6,655 nucleotides of DNA from Allobaculum fili (GTDB lineage Bacteria > Bacillota_I > Bacilli_A > Erysipelotrichales > Erysipelotrichaceae). Shown here in pieces: positions 1 through 6,104 of the stretch. The notes beneath the pieces were generated by a model that was not told the origin of the DNA, made no database searches, and was given only the letters and a program-made list of their open reading frames with translations. Every line of letters starts with the position of its first letter. Position 1 is the first letter of the stretch. The stretch lies in NCBI RefSeq assembly GCF_020969955.1, contig NZ_JAHDSX010000073.1, forward strand, positions 1 to 6,655, read 5' to 3'. A program made the translations under genes and the position numbers.

Positions 1-35
1 CGGATCCGAAGTATGAAGAAAACGATGAAGAATAA
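1..35 (+). CDS. possible 3' end of an upstream CDS (partial, unidentifiable)
   Basis: Frame 3 is open from the window edge and reads ...DPKYEENDEE, then TAA at 33-35, 13 nt before a strong hairpin. Frame 1 also stays open to TAG 73-75, so the frame choice is uncertain. The fragment is too short to assign a product. Confidence 0.25.
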   Translation, partial: DPKYEENDEE

Positions 36-48
36 AAAATACGCCAAG

Positions 49-73
49 CGGGATCTCGAAAGGGATCCCGTTT
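49..73 (+). terminator. hairpin, candidate terminator of the upstream plus-strand gene
   Basis: CGGGATCTC-GAAA-GGGATCCCG forms a 9-bp stem (one G.U pair) with a GAAA tetraloop, followed by TTTA. The U-tract is short. On the minus strand the same hairpin sits 9 nt before a U6 run, so it could act in both directions. Confidence 0.45.
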
Positions 74-514
74 AGCGTATCTAATATTCAGTCTCGCGTA
101 TACCCGTCGATTGTTTGACACTTACGTGATAAAAACGACTGATGCCGGTTTAGTGTAGACGCTTTGTTTCACTTTACCAGCAGCATTTATTAACATTTTT
201 GGTTGTCCCCGAAGACGGGGGATTATGGGCTTCAAGGATCTGAGTTGAACTGTAAGCGCAGCTGGCAGCATAGTTTGTCCCTTCAATCCCTCCAGAGGAC
301 ATATGGGACGGTCTGCCCCGTGAAAACAGCCAGGTTAACTGACCAAAACAGGCCAGAATTTGATTACCCATAGCGACCGGTTTCTGTTCCGTCCTGCTTC
401 AGCGATTTCAGACGCTGATCAGGCTGAAAAGAATGCTATGAAGCCGGCTTCTTTGCCTGCCGTTTGGTGCCTGACTGGGTATAAACATGAAGAGAATTTA
501 GAATACAGCACTGA

Positions 515-553
515 TAAACAGAATAAAGCCGTTCCCGGGCAACCAGGGAACGG
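515..553 (-). terminator. rho-independent terminator downstream of the purF pair
   Basis: The minus strand reads CCGUUCCC-UGGUUGCCC-GGGAACGG. This is an 8-bp GC-rich stem (529-536 paired with 546-553), followed by the U-rich tail CUUUAUUCUGUUUA. It lies about 85 nt after the purF stop codon. Confidence 0.65.
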
Positions 554-560
554 TGAGGTG

Positions 561-586
561 AAAAAAACTGCGGCAGTATGAGCAGT
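561..586 (-). terminator. weaker candidate terminator immediately after purF
   Basis: The minus strand reads ACUGC-UCAUACUGCC-GCAGU followed by a U6-7 run (plus-strand A7 at 561-567). The stem is only 5 bp with a 10-nt loop, so it is marginal. Confidence 0.35.
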
Positions 587-635
587 AGCTTTCGGGAGTA
601 CAGTCTTTTTCACAGCGGTGTTTCGTACAGAAGAT

Positions 636-2015
636 TCAGTTTTCCAACTGCTCCTGATGACTGAACAGATCTGTACAGTATTCGCCGGTAAAGCATGCCA
701 TACAAAGAGCGCTGGGTTCAGCAGCATTCTGCAGATCTTCCGGGGAAAGAAAGTACAGTGTATCAGCCTGAATGTAATCTTTCATTTCTTCCAGAGTCAT
801 CTGTGCACCGATGAGCTCCTTTTTCGTGGAGGTATCGACCCCATAAAAACAGGGAGAAGTAATGATGGGAGAAGCAATGCGTACATGTACTTCCTTAGCT
901 CCCGCTTCCCGCAGAAGATTGACAATACGTCTTGAAGTTGTGCCTCTGACAATGGAATCATCAATGAGAACCACTCTTCTACCATCTATGACTTCTCTGA
1001 CAGGAGAAAGTTTCATTCTGACTCCTCTGTCCCGCATGGCCTGAGTTGGTTGAATAAAGGTACGGGTGACAAAGCGGTTTTTGACCAGACCATACTGGAA
1101 GGGCAGGTCTGCTTCTTCGGCATAACCCATGGCAGCGGAAAGGGAAGAGTCAGGACATCCGATGACCACATCAGCCTGCAGATCTTTGTCCTGTCTGGCC
1201 AGCAGGCGGCCGGTTTCCTTGCGCAGAGCATGGACATTTTTGTCTTCAATGACGGAATCCGGTCTGGCGAAGTAAATGTATTCCATGGCGCACAGGTGAT
1301 GATCTCTTTTGGGGGTATAGAAGGAAGAGCGGGGAAGACCGTCTTTGAACACCACCATCTGTCCTGGCAGAACATCGGTATGACGGTAGATGCCCATGAC
1401 TTCAAAGGCGCAGCTTTCCGAGGAGATGATCCAGCCCTGCCTGTTTCGGGCATAGCTTAAGGGGCGCAGACCATGAGGATCTCGGAAGGCGATGAGGGTG
1501 TCATCCTTCATCACCAGAATGGAGAAGGCCCCTTCCAGGCGCTGGGCAGCCTTTTTCACCCGTTCTTCCAGGGTGCCGGTCTGCTTTTCAATGAGATGCA
1601 GAATGACTTCGGAATCACTGGTGCCCTGAAAAATCGCGCCGGCTGCTTCCAGCTCCTTGCGCAGTTCTCTGTCGTTGACGATCTGGCCGTTGTGGACCAG
1701 GGCGATGTCGCCCTGATAGCCTTCTGCGGCAATGGGCTGAATGTTTTCATATTCCTGTCCGCCGGCAGTAGAATAGCGGACATGACCTACAGACAGATCT
1801 CCTTCCAGCTGATCCAGATCTTCCCTGGAAAACACATCCACTGTCAGGCCCTTGCCTTTGAATACCTGGATTTTTCCATGACTGGCCACCGCGATGCCGC
1901 TGGCTTCCTGTCCTCTGTGCTGTAAAGAGTGCAGACCATAGTAAGTCAGGCTGGCGGCATCCTGGCACTGATAACATCCAAAGACACCGCATTCTTCATG
2001 AAGTTCATCAAACAT
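636..2015 (-). CDS. purF: amidophosphoribosyltransferase (glutamine-PRPP amidotransferase), canonical
   Basis: All PurF hallmarks are present: propeptide plus EECGVFG, LHSLQHRGQE, GHVRYSTAG, VHNGQIVN, TSDSEVILHLI, GCPDSS, KNRFVTRTFIQP and the PRPP motif VVLIDDSIVRGTTSRR. The Fe-S cysteines are also present (HLCAMEY, SPCFYGVD, CMACFTGEY). The longest ORF starts at 2036, where ATGA overlaps the upstream stop, but that ATG has no SD. The ATG at 2015 is preceded by AAGGAG with 8-nt spacing and gives MFDELHEE|C, so I prefer 2015. The stop is TGA at 636-638. Confidence 0.95.
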   Translation of the reverse strand: MFDELHEECGVFGCYQCQDAASLTYYGLHSLQHRGQEASGIAVASHGKIQVFKGKGLTVDVFSREDLDQLEGDLSVGHVRYSTAGGQEYENIQPIAAEGYQGDIALVHNGQIVNDRELRKELEAAGAIFQGTSDSEVILHLIEKQTGTLEERVKKAAQRLEGAFSILVMKDDTLIAFRDPHGLRPLSYARNRQGWIISSESCAFEVMGIYRHTDVLPGQMVVFKDGLPRSSFYTPKRDHHLCAMEYIYFARPDSVIEDKNVHALRKETGRLLARQDKDLQADVVIGCPDSSLSAAMGYAEEADLPFQYGLVKNRFVTRTFIQPTQAMRDRGVRMKLSPVREVIDGRRVVLIDDSIVRGTTSRRIVNLLREAGAKEVHVRIASPIITSPCFYGVDTSTKKELIGAQMTLEEMKDYIQADTLYFLSPEDLQNAAEPSALCMACFTGEYCTDLFSHQEQLEN

Positions 2016-2032
2016 GAGAAGTTCTCCTTTCA

Positions 2033-3412
2033 TCATTCAGGTTGTGAATCCGCGAAATCATACAGGTCATACGGGTATTCCCCGTTAAAGCAGGCAAGAC
2101 AGGCATCGGAAGGCAGGCAGGTTTTGAAGGTGTCCAGATCCAGGAAGGAAACGGAATCCGCATCAAAGACTGTCTTCATTTCTTCCAGATTCCACAGATG
2201 ACCGGCCAGCTGATCCTTTGGAATAAATTCAGTTCCCGAATAGCAGGAATGGGCAATGAGAGGCGAAGCGATGCGCAGGTGAACTTTCCTGGCGCCGGCT
2301 TCCCTTAACATCTGGCAGATTCTTCTGGCAGTCTGTCCTTTCTGAACTGAATCATCCACCAGGAAAATGGATTTGCCGCTGACGATGGAAGAGATGACAT
2401 TGAGCCTGGAGCGCATACCCTGTTCGCGCTGAACGGCCGTGGGCCTGACATAGGTGGAACCGATATACCGGTTCTTGATGAGGCCGATTTCATAAGGCAG
2501 ACCCAGTTCTCTGGCAAAGGCGGCTGCTGCAGGCAGCGCAGTATCGGGAACACCGATGACCAGGTCGGCTTTTACAATTTCCTGTCTGGCCAGGGCTTTG
2601 CCGGCGGCTTCTCTGGAGAGGTGAACGCTGCTGTTTTCCATGCTGGAATCGGGCCTTGAATAGTACACGAATTCCATGGCGCACACATGGCCAAGAGGAG
2701 GCTGGATCTGCTTTCGCTCCAGACCGTGCTTTCCCAGAATAATGAGTTCGCCGGGCAGGATTTCTTCGATGGACTCTGTCTCCATCATGGTGAAGGCGCT
2801 GCTTTCTGAACCAAAGAGAATACTGCCTTCCGGGGTGGAGGCCATATACAGAGCCCGGATGCCATCTTTGCTTCTTACGGCATAAAGCGTGTTTTTGGTC
2901 ATGAGCAGAAAGGCAAAGGAGCCCTTGAGCATCTGCACGGTGCGTTCAATGCGCTCGGCTAAAGTGCCTCTGGAAATCTGAATCAGATGGGCAATGATCT
3001 CGGCATCGGAAGTGCCCTGGAAAATCAGGCCTTCCTGCTTCATGGCTTTGCGAAGGCTGGGTCCATTGAGCAGCATACCGCTGCAAACCAGGGCGAACTG
3101 GCCCTGGAAGGCTCTCACCGCCACAGGCTGCAGGTTTTCCTTCTGCCTGTCGCCGGGAGTGGCCATACGTACCTGTCCGATGGCGGAACGGCCTTCCATG
3201 GCGTCCAGCACCTGTCCGGTCATGTTTTCGGAAAGAAGACCCTTGCCTTTATGAAGGGAGAGGGTTTCTCCGTTGGATACTGCCATTCCGGCACCGTCAC
3301 TGCCCCGGTGCTGGAGAGAGTGAAGAAGATAGTACAGAACATGGGATGCATCCAGCATGTTGTAAACACCGGCCAGACCGGAACAGTTCTGTACGCTGTG
3401 TCCATGACTCAT
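2033..3412 (-). CDS. divergent PurF-family paralogue (amidophosphoribosyltransferase-like, catalytic motifs eroded)
   Basis: The 459-aa product is colinear with PurF along its whole length. It keeps LHSLQHRG, TSDAEIIAHLI, GVPD, KNRY, VDDS, REAGA..VH.RIASP, and all four Fe-S Cys contexts (HVCAMEF, HSCYSG, CLACFNGEY). It deviates at several catalytic motifs (see findings). AGGAG at 3420-3424 lies 7 nt before the ATG at 3410-3412. Confidence 0.85.
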   Translation of the reverse strand: MSHGHSVQNCSGLAGVYNMLDASHVLYYLLHSLQHRGSDGAGMAVSNGETLSLHKGKGLLSENMTGQVLDAMEGRSAIGQVRMATPGDRQKENLQPVAVRAFQGQFALVCSGMLLNGPSLRKAMKQEGLIFQGTSDAEIIAHLIQISRGTLAERIERTVQMLKGSFAFLLMTKNTLYAVRSKDGIRALYMASTPEGSILFGSESSAFTMMETESIEEILPGELIILGKHGLERKQIQPPLGHVCAMEFVYYSRPDSSMENSSVHLSREAAGKALARQEIVKADLVIGVPDTALPAAAAFARELGLPYEIGLIKNRYIGSTYVRPTAVQREQGMRSRLNVISSIVSGKSIFLVDDSVQKGQTARRICQMLREAGARKVHLRIASPLIAHSCYSGTEFIPKDQLAGHLWNLEEMKTVFDADSVSFLDLDTFKTCLPSDACLACFNGEYPYDLYDFADSQPE

Positions 3413-3591
3413 CGTGTGTCTCCTTTTTATGCGGCTTCTGGCCGCAGCTGTTTAAACAAAAAGCGCGCCCGGAAAAAGGGCGCAGAGAACGGACAGAAAA
3501 AGAGACTGAAGCAAATGATTCTGATGAACAGACGTTCCATGCGGCCTGCATAACAATCCCTTCCTTCTGTAAAAATGACTTCATTATTCTA
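3413..3591 (-). promoter_or_regulatory. structured 5' leader / candidate cis-regulatory RNA of the purF-like/purF operon
   Basis: A possible -10 TAGAAT lies at 3586-3591 on the minus strand, but I found no good -35. A polypurine tract ACAGAAGGAAGGGA (3557-3570) can pair with either of two CYCUUUUUCYG repeats (3493-3504 and 3470-3480); the second repeat is part of the terminator. Two adjacent small hairpins lie between them (UAUGC-AGGCC-GCAUG and GAAC-GUCU-GUUC). A further hairpin, UGCGGC-CAGAA-GCCGCA, abuts the SD. Confidence 0.45.
3454..3484 (-). terminator. intrinsic terminator inside the 5' leader of the PurF-paralogue gene (attenuator)
   Basis: The minus strand reads GCGCCC-UUUUUCC-GGGCGC. 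This is a 6-bp all-GC stem (3478-3483 paired with 3465-3470), followed by GCUUUUUGUUU. It ends only about 40 nt upstream of the start codon, which leaves no room for a promoter between terminator and gene. Confidence 0.7.
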
Positions 3592-3691
3592 GAAAACTTC
3601 AGGGCGGTGTGCCATACGAAAATGAATTTGATATCGGTTTCTTTCTGAAAAATCAGAGCCTTTCTGACAGATCCATCTTCGAAAACCGGGA

Positions 3692-4430
3692 TCAGAGAAT
3701 ATCGATTCTGTTCCGGTACTTTTCCAGATACTGGCTGTTGCAGCTATCGCCGTGATCCACGTTGCCGGACACCCAGATTTCAGGATTGACACCGGCATCC
3801 AGCAGCCGTTCCACTCCTTCTCCCATAAGGCCCACCAGCAGATGCATCCCCACGATGGTGGAAGGAGAGCAGAAGCGGTCACCTTCGACCAGTCTAGGAT
3901 CCTCCAGAACGGCATCGCCTTCAATGGCGCAGCAGTCCAGCACCACATCACTGATATCCTTCAGCTTCAGGCCACTGGAATGTCGGGAAACGGCTTTGTT
4001 GGTATAGTCCATGGACGTCAGGGCAATGACCTTCATGCCTTTTTCAGGGGATGCCATGGCCATATCTATGCCGGCGGCATTGCGTCCGGAAATGGAGACA
4101 ATCAGCATGATGTCTTCCGGTCTGGGGACAAAAGATTCCAGCACCTTATGGGCTGCATTTTCCTGGCACTCTATCAGCTGGCAGAGCCAGATATCCGGAT
4201 AAATGACGTACTGGGGAACCAGAATGGCGTTCACAGGCACCAGTCCGCCGGTGTGGCAGCAGAGTTCTTCGCCAAACATCTGGGAGTGACCGCAGCCAAA
4301 GACGTGAAGCACGCCACCTTTAGCCATGGACTGCGCAATCAGATCAGCGCCTGGTCAATGGCTTCTTCCTGCTGCAGAGTGGCTTCCGTCTGTTCTCTGC
4401 AGACTTCAAAAATTTTCTTGCCTGTTTCAT
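3692..4430 (-). pseudogene. SIS-domain protein (UPF0309-like sugar isomerase domain), disrupted by frameshift(s)
   Basis: The 211-aa ORF (3692-4327) begins abruptly at ...MAKGGVLHVFGCGHSQMFGEE and continues with the family-typical RHSSG, VSISGRNAAGIDMA and C-terminal LEKYRNRIDIL. The missing N-terminus is readable in two other frames upstream. ATG 4428-4430 has an AGGAGA SD 8 nt upstream and gives MKQARK. The reading then shifts frame in the A4T5 run (4408-4416) to IFEVCREQTEATLQQEEAIDQA. It shifts again near GGCGC (4347-4350) to ADLIAQSMAKGG. Each shift is equivalent to a 1-nt deletion. Confidence 0.75.
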
Positions 4431-4551
4431 CTATCTTTCTCCTGGCAATTCTTCCGAAGTTCCACTCCCGGCAGAGGGACTGAGGCGGGATACAGTTTGC
4501 TGCAGACTGCGGCTGAATCTTTGTTAAGTTCATTATGCTTTAGGAATAATA

Positions 4552-4578
4552 TGGTTCAATGAAAAAACCTTTGGGATC
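4552..4578. repeat. IS terminal inverted repeat (transposase 3' side)
   Basis: It matches the reverse complement of 6078-6104 at 19/27 positions. The GGTTC....TGAAAA and TGGGATC blocks are conserved. Confidence 0.55.
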
Positions 4579-4592
4579 GAAGGGCTGACATT

Positions 4593-5165
4593 CTAATTGC
4601 GTGATGCATCCATAATCTTCAAAAAGAAGTAACCATCGTCGCAGTAGCCATACGCCTGTCTTCTAATCGTCTTGATCTTATTGTTGACTCCTTCGATCTT
4701 TCCAGTCGAAATCCCATAAATGGCATGTGAAAGGATGCCCTGATAGTGGTTTTCAATCAATCGGGCAAACCATTCAAAGTGTTTGCTCTTCGTACCTCTA
4801 CACGTATCAATCAGGTTGTTAAGCAGCACTGCCATCTCTGATTTGTTTCTGCATTTGAAGGCTTGTTCAAGCTGGATTTTGACGATATCGCAAGTGGTGA
4901 ATAAGGTATTCAGTTTCAAAAGCTCCTTGTATCGTTTAACGTATCCTGTTTTAGCCAGTACTGGTTTCAGGCCAAAAAGGGTCTTTTCCACTCGCAGCAC
5001 AGTTTCCGCTTCGCCGCGTGCGTCTTTTTGTTCCAGCGTTGCAAGCGAGGACATCAGAATATACTTTGATCCCTTAAGCTGCCTGGCCTGTTCGATTTTA
5101 TCATCGGCAGTCAGATCCTTTTGAACATCTTTACGAACTTCAGAGGTTACTTTATCGTTGAAATT
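4593..5165 (-). pseudogene. ISL3 transposase, C-terminal fragment (same frame, directly after the TAG)
   Basis: The frame continues NFNDKVTSEVRKDV...KGSKYILMSSLATLEQ... to ...STGKIEGVNNKIKTIRRQAYGYCDDGYFFLKIM, which is the typical ISL3 C-terminal G.IEG.NNKIK..KR.A.G(Y/F) motif. The longest Met-initiated ORF is 4593-5054. Joined with the N-terminal fragment, the protein would be about 405 aa. Confidence 0.85.
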
Positions 5166-5810
5166 CTACACGATATTAAAATAGTCAAAAACGATAGAGA
5201 TATTCTCACAACGTTCTTCAAACGCTTCCTGAAAGTCGGAATTCATATCGCATGCGACTGCTTTGACATGGCTCATCCATTCGCTTCCTACATGGTCGAT
5301 GAAATCATAAACAACCTGCTTCTTCTTACCTTTGGCGATCCAAAGCACATGCCTGGTTTCTAGATCGATGATATGAGTTGCGTATTGATGTTCGTTTTGA
5401 AGCTTGAACTCATCAATAGCCGAAAAACGACTATAGGTATCAGATTTCTTTAAGGATGGACCCTTTGAGTTCTCTTCGACATACAGTCTGCTCAGCCTGG
5501 CTTTATCAACGGCCTTTACCAAGTGCGCCCCTACGCCAGTCAGTTCCGCAATTGTCTTCAGAGTAAAGCGTCCGCTGGCAAGCAGATCTTCAATATAGAT
5601 TTCGAGATTTCTGGTAATGGAATGATGATCTGCCTTGAATGGAATTGTCTGCATAAGCGTGTTGTGACAGTGCTCACAGAACAAGCAATGAATCTCGACA
5701 GTGACATGTGTATAGGCATTGCCAAATGGAATATGGCGAAGTGTTCGAGTATGTGAAGACTTGATATGCATCTTCTTTCCACAGATCGGGCATCGGGCAG
5801 ATGAGGTCAT
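5166..5810 (-). pseudogene. ISL3 transposase, N-terminal fragment (zinc-finger, HTH, start of DDE domain), ends at an in-frame TAG
   Basis: MTSSARCPICGKKMH...RTLRHIPFG...CLFCEHC matches the CPxCG...C..C zinc-finger pattern of ISL3 transposases. AIDEFKL... and VKAVACDMNSDF...IVFDYFNIV match the DDE core up to the family motif D(R/Y)FH/NIVKNFN. The codon expected to be K (AAG) is TAG at 5166-5168. Confidence 0.85.
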
Positions 5811-6077
5811 CTTCTGACAGGGCTGGAAGACTGTCGATGCGCTGATTCAGATCATGTCCATGTGAATGTTCGGGATGGGTAACAAGACTGTTCTGGGTAA
5901 AACCTGGCAGGTAAGAAGGTAAATAAACGAAACCTTCATAAGCAGGTGCTGCTTGAAAAGTAGAAGCTAAGTCGATAGGGTGCGTATTGGATCTCCTGTG
6001 TCTGGCGTGTCTTGGTCGACTCTTCCAGCATACGGGAGATCCTTTTTTACTTGTCATTTTTTTGGTTGTACTGGGGT

Positions 6078-6104
6078 GATCCCACACAAATTTTCAAAGA
6101 ACCC
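6078..6104. repeat. IS terminal inverted repeat (transposase 5' side)
   Basis: This is the partner of 4552-4578. On the minus strand it reads GGGTTCTTTGAAAATTTGTGTGGGATC. Confidence 0.55.

Larger units (their letters stand above)
4552..6104 (-). mobile_element. ISL3-family insertion sequence, decayed (about 1.55 kb)
   Basis: ISL3-type transposase reading frames are flanked by imperfect terminal inverted repeats: TGGTTCAATGAAAAAACCTTTGGGATC (4552-4578, plus strand) and GGGTTCTTTGAAAATTTGTGTGGGATC (reverse complement of 6078-6104), matching at 19/27. The interior is visibly more AT-rich than the flanking genes. Weaker similarity continues about 18 bp outward, so the ends are uncertain by about 20 bp. 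No 8-bp direct repeats were found. Confidence 0.65.

Noticed and set aside
147-166. The minus strand reads CAAAGC-N7-CUAAACC, the same spacing as part of the c-di-GMP-I (GEMM-I) core.
   Set aside because: The flanking helices required (P2 partner strands and the upstream GGGCAAAC tetraloop side) are absent, and there is no downstream gene to regulate.
360-581. A 73-aa plus-strand ORF, with an internal 47-aa MKPASLPAVWCLTG... version, considered as a small protein or lipoprotein.
   Set aside because: It has no SD and no proper lipobox or signal peptide. It runs through the terminator hairpin at 529-553, and no recognisable family motif is present.
1473-1925. A 150-aa plus-strand ORF antisense to purF, with similar antisense ORFs at 862-1044, 1050-1460, 2676-2885, 2987-3553 and 3752-4483.
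   Set aside because: They lie entirely opposite genes with unmistakable family motifs. They lack SD sites and have the skewed, Gly/Arg/His-rich composition typical of shadow ORFs on the antisense strand of GC-moderate genes.
3297-3584. A 95-aa minus-strand ORF spanning the leader and running into the purF-like gene out of frame. It includes an internal AUG at 3549-3551 preceded by AAGGAAGGG.
   Set aside because: It reads straight through the terminator hairpin, overlaps the real CDS in another frame, and has low-complexity Ser/Phe/Cys-rich content. At most a short leader peptide is conceivable, and it shows no regulatory codon pattern.
3609-3614. TGGCAC, resembling the -24 element of a sigma-54 promoter.
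   Set aside because: No TTGC(A/T) -12 element occurs at the required spacing; the downstream sequence is ACCGCCCTGAAG.
3586-3616. Purine-riboswitch-like strings on the minus strand, UAUGGCAC ... AAGUUUUCUA, compared with xpt GAUAUGGCACGCAAGUUUCUACC.
   Set aside because: The flanking sequence cannot form P2 (no GUG-type complement 5' of UAUGG). There is no P3 hairpin and no P1 partner. The segment also overlaps the only plausible -10 (TAGAAT), so it probably lies upstream of the transcript.
2033-4430. The adjacency of a SIS-domain gene and Ntn-amidotransferase genes echoes the GlmS domain architecture, suggesting a split aminosugar synthase.
   Set aside because: The genes are separated by a 279-bp leader with its own terminator and a probable promoter. 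The SIS gene is frameshifted, and the amidotransferases carry PRTase domains, not sugar-binding ones. The adjacency is most likely coincidental.
5166-5168. An in-frame TAG in the transposase, considered as possible pyrrolysine or stop-codon recoding.
   Set aside because: A single AAG-to-TAG change at a conserved Lys, together with other lesions in the same element (N-terminal frame break, degenerate IRs), makes simple decay far more parsimonious. No pyl genes or PYLIS-like context are visible, and the neighbouring genes use standard stops (TGA for both purF copies).
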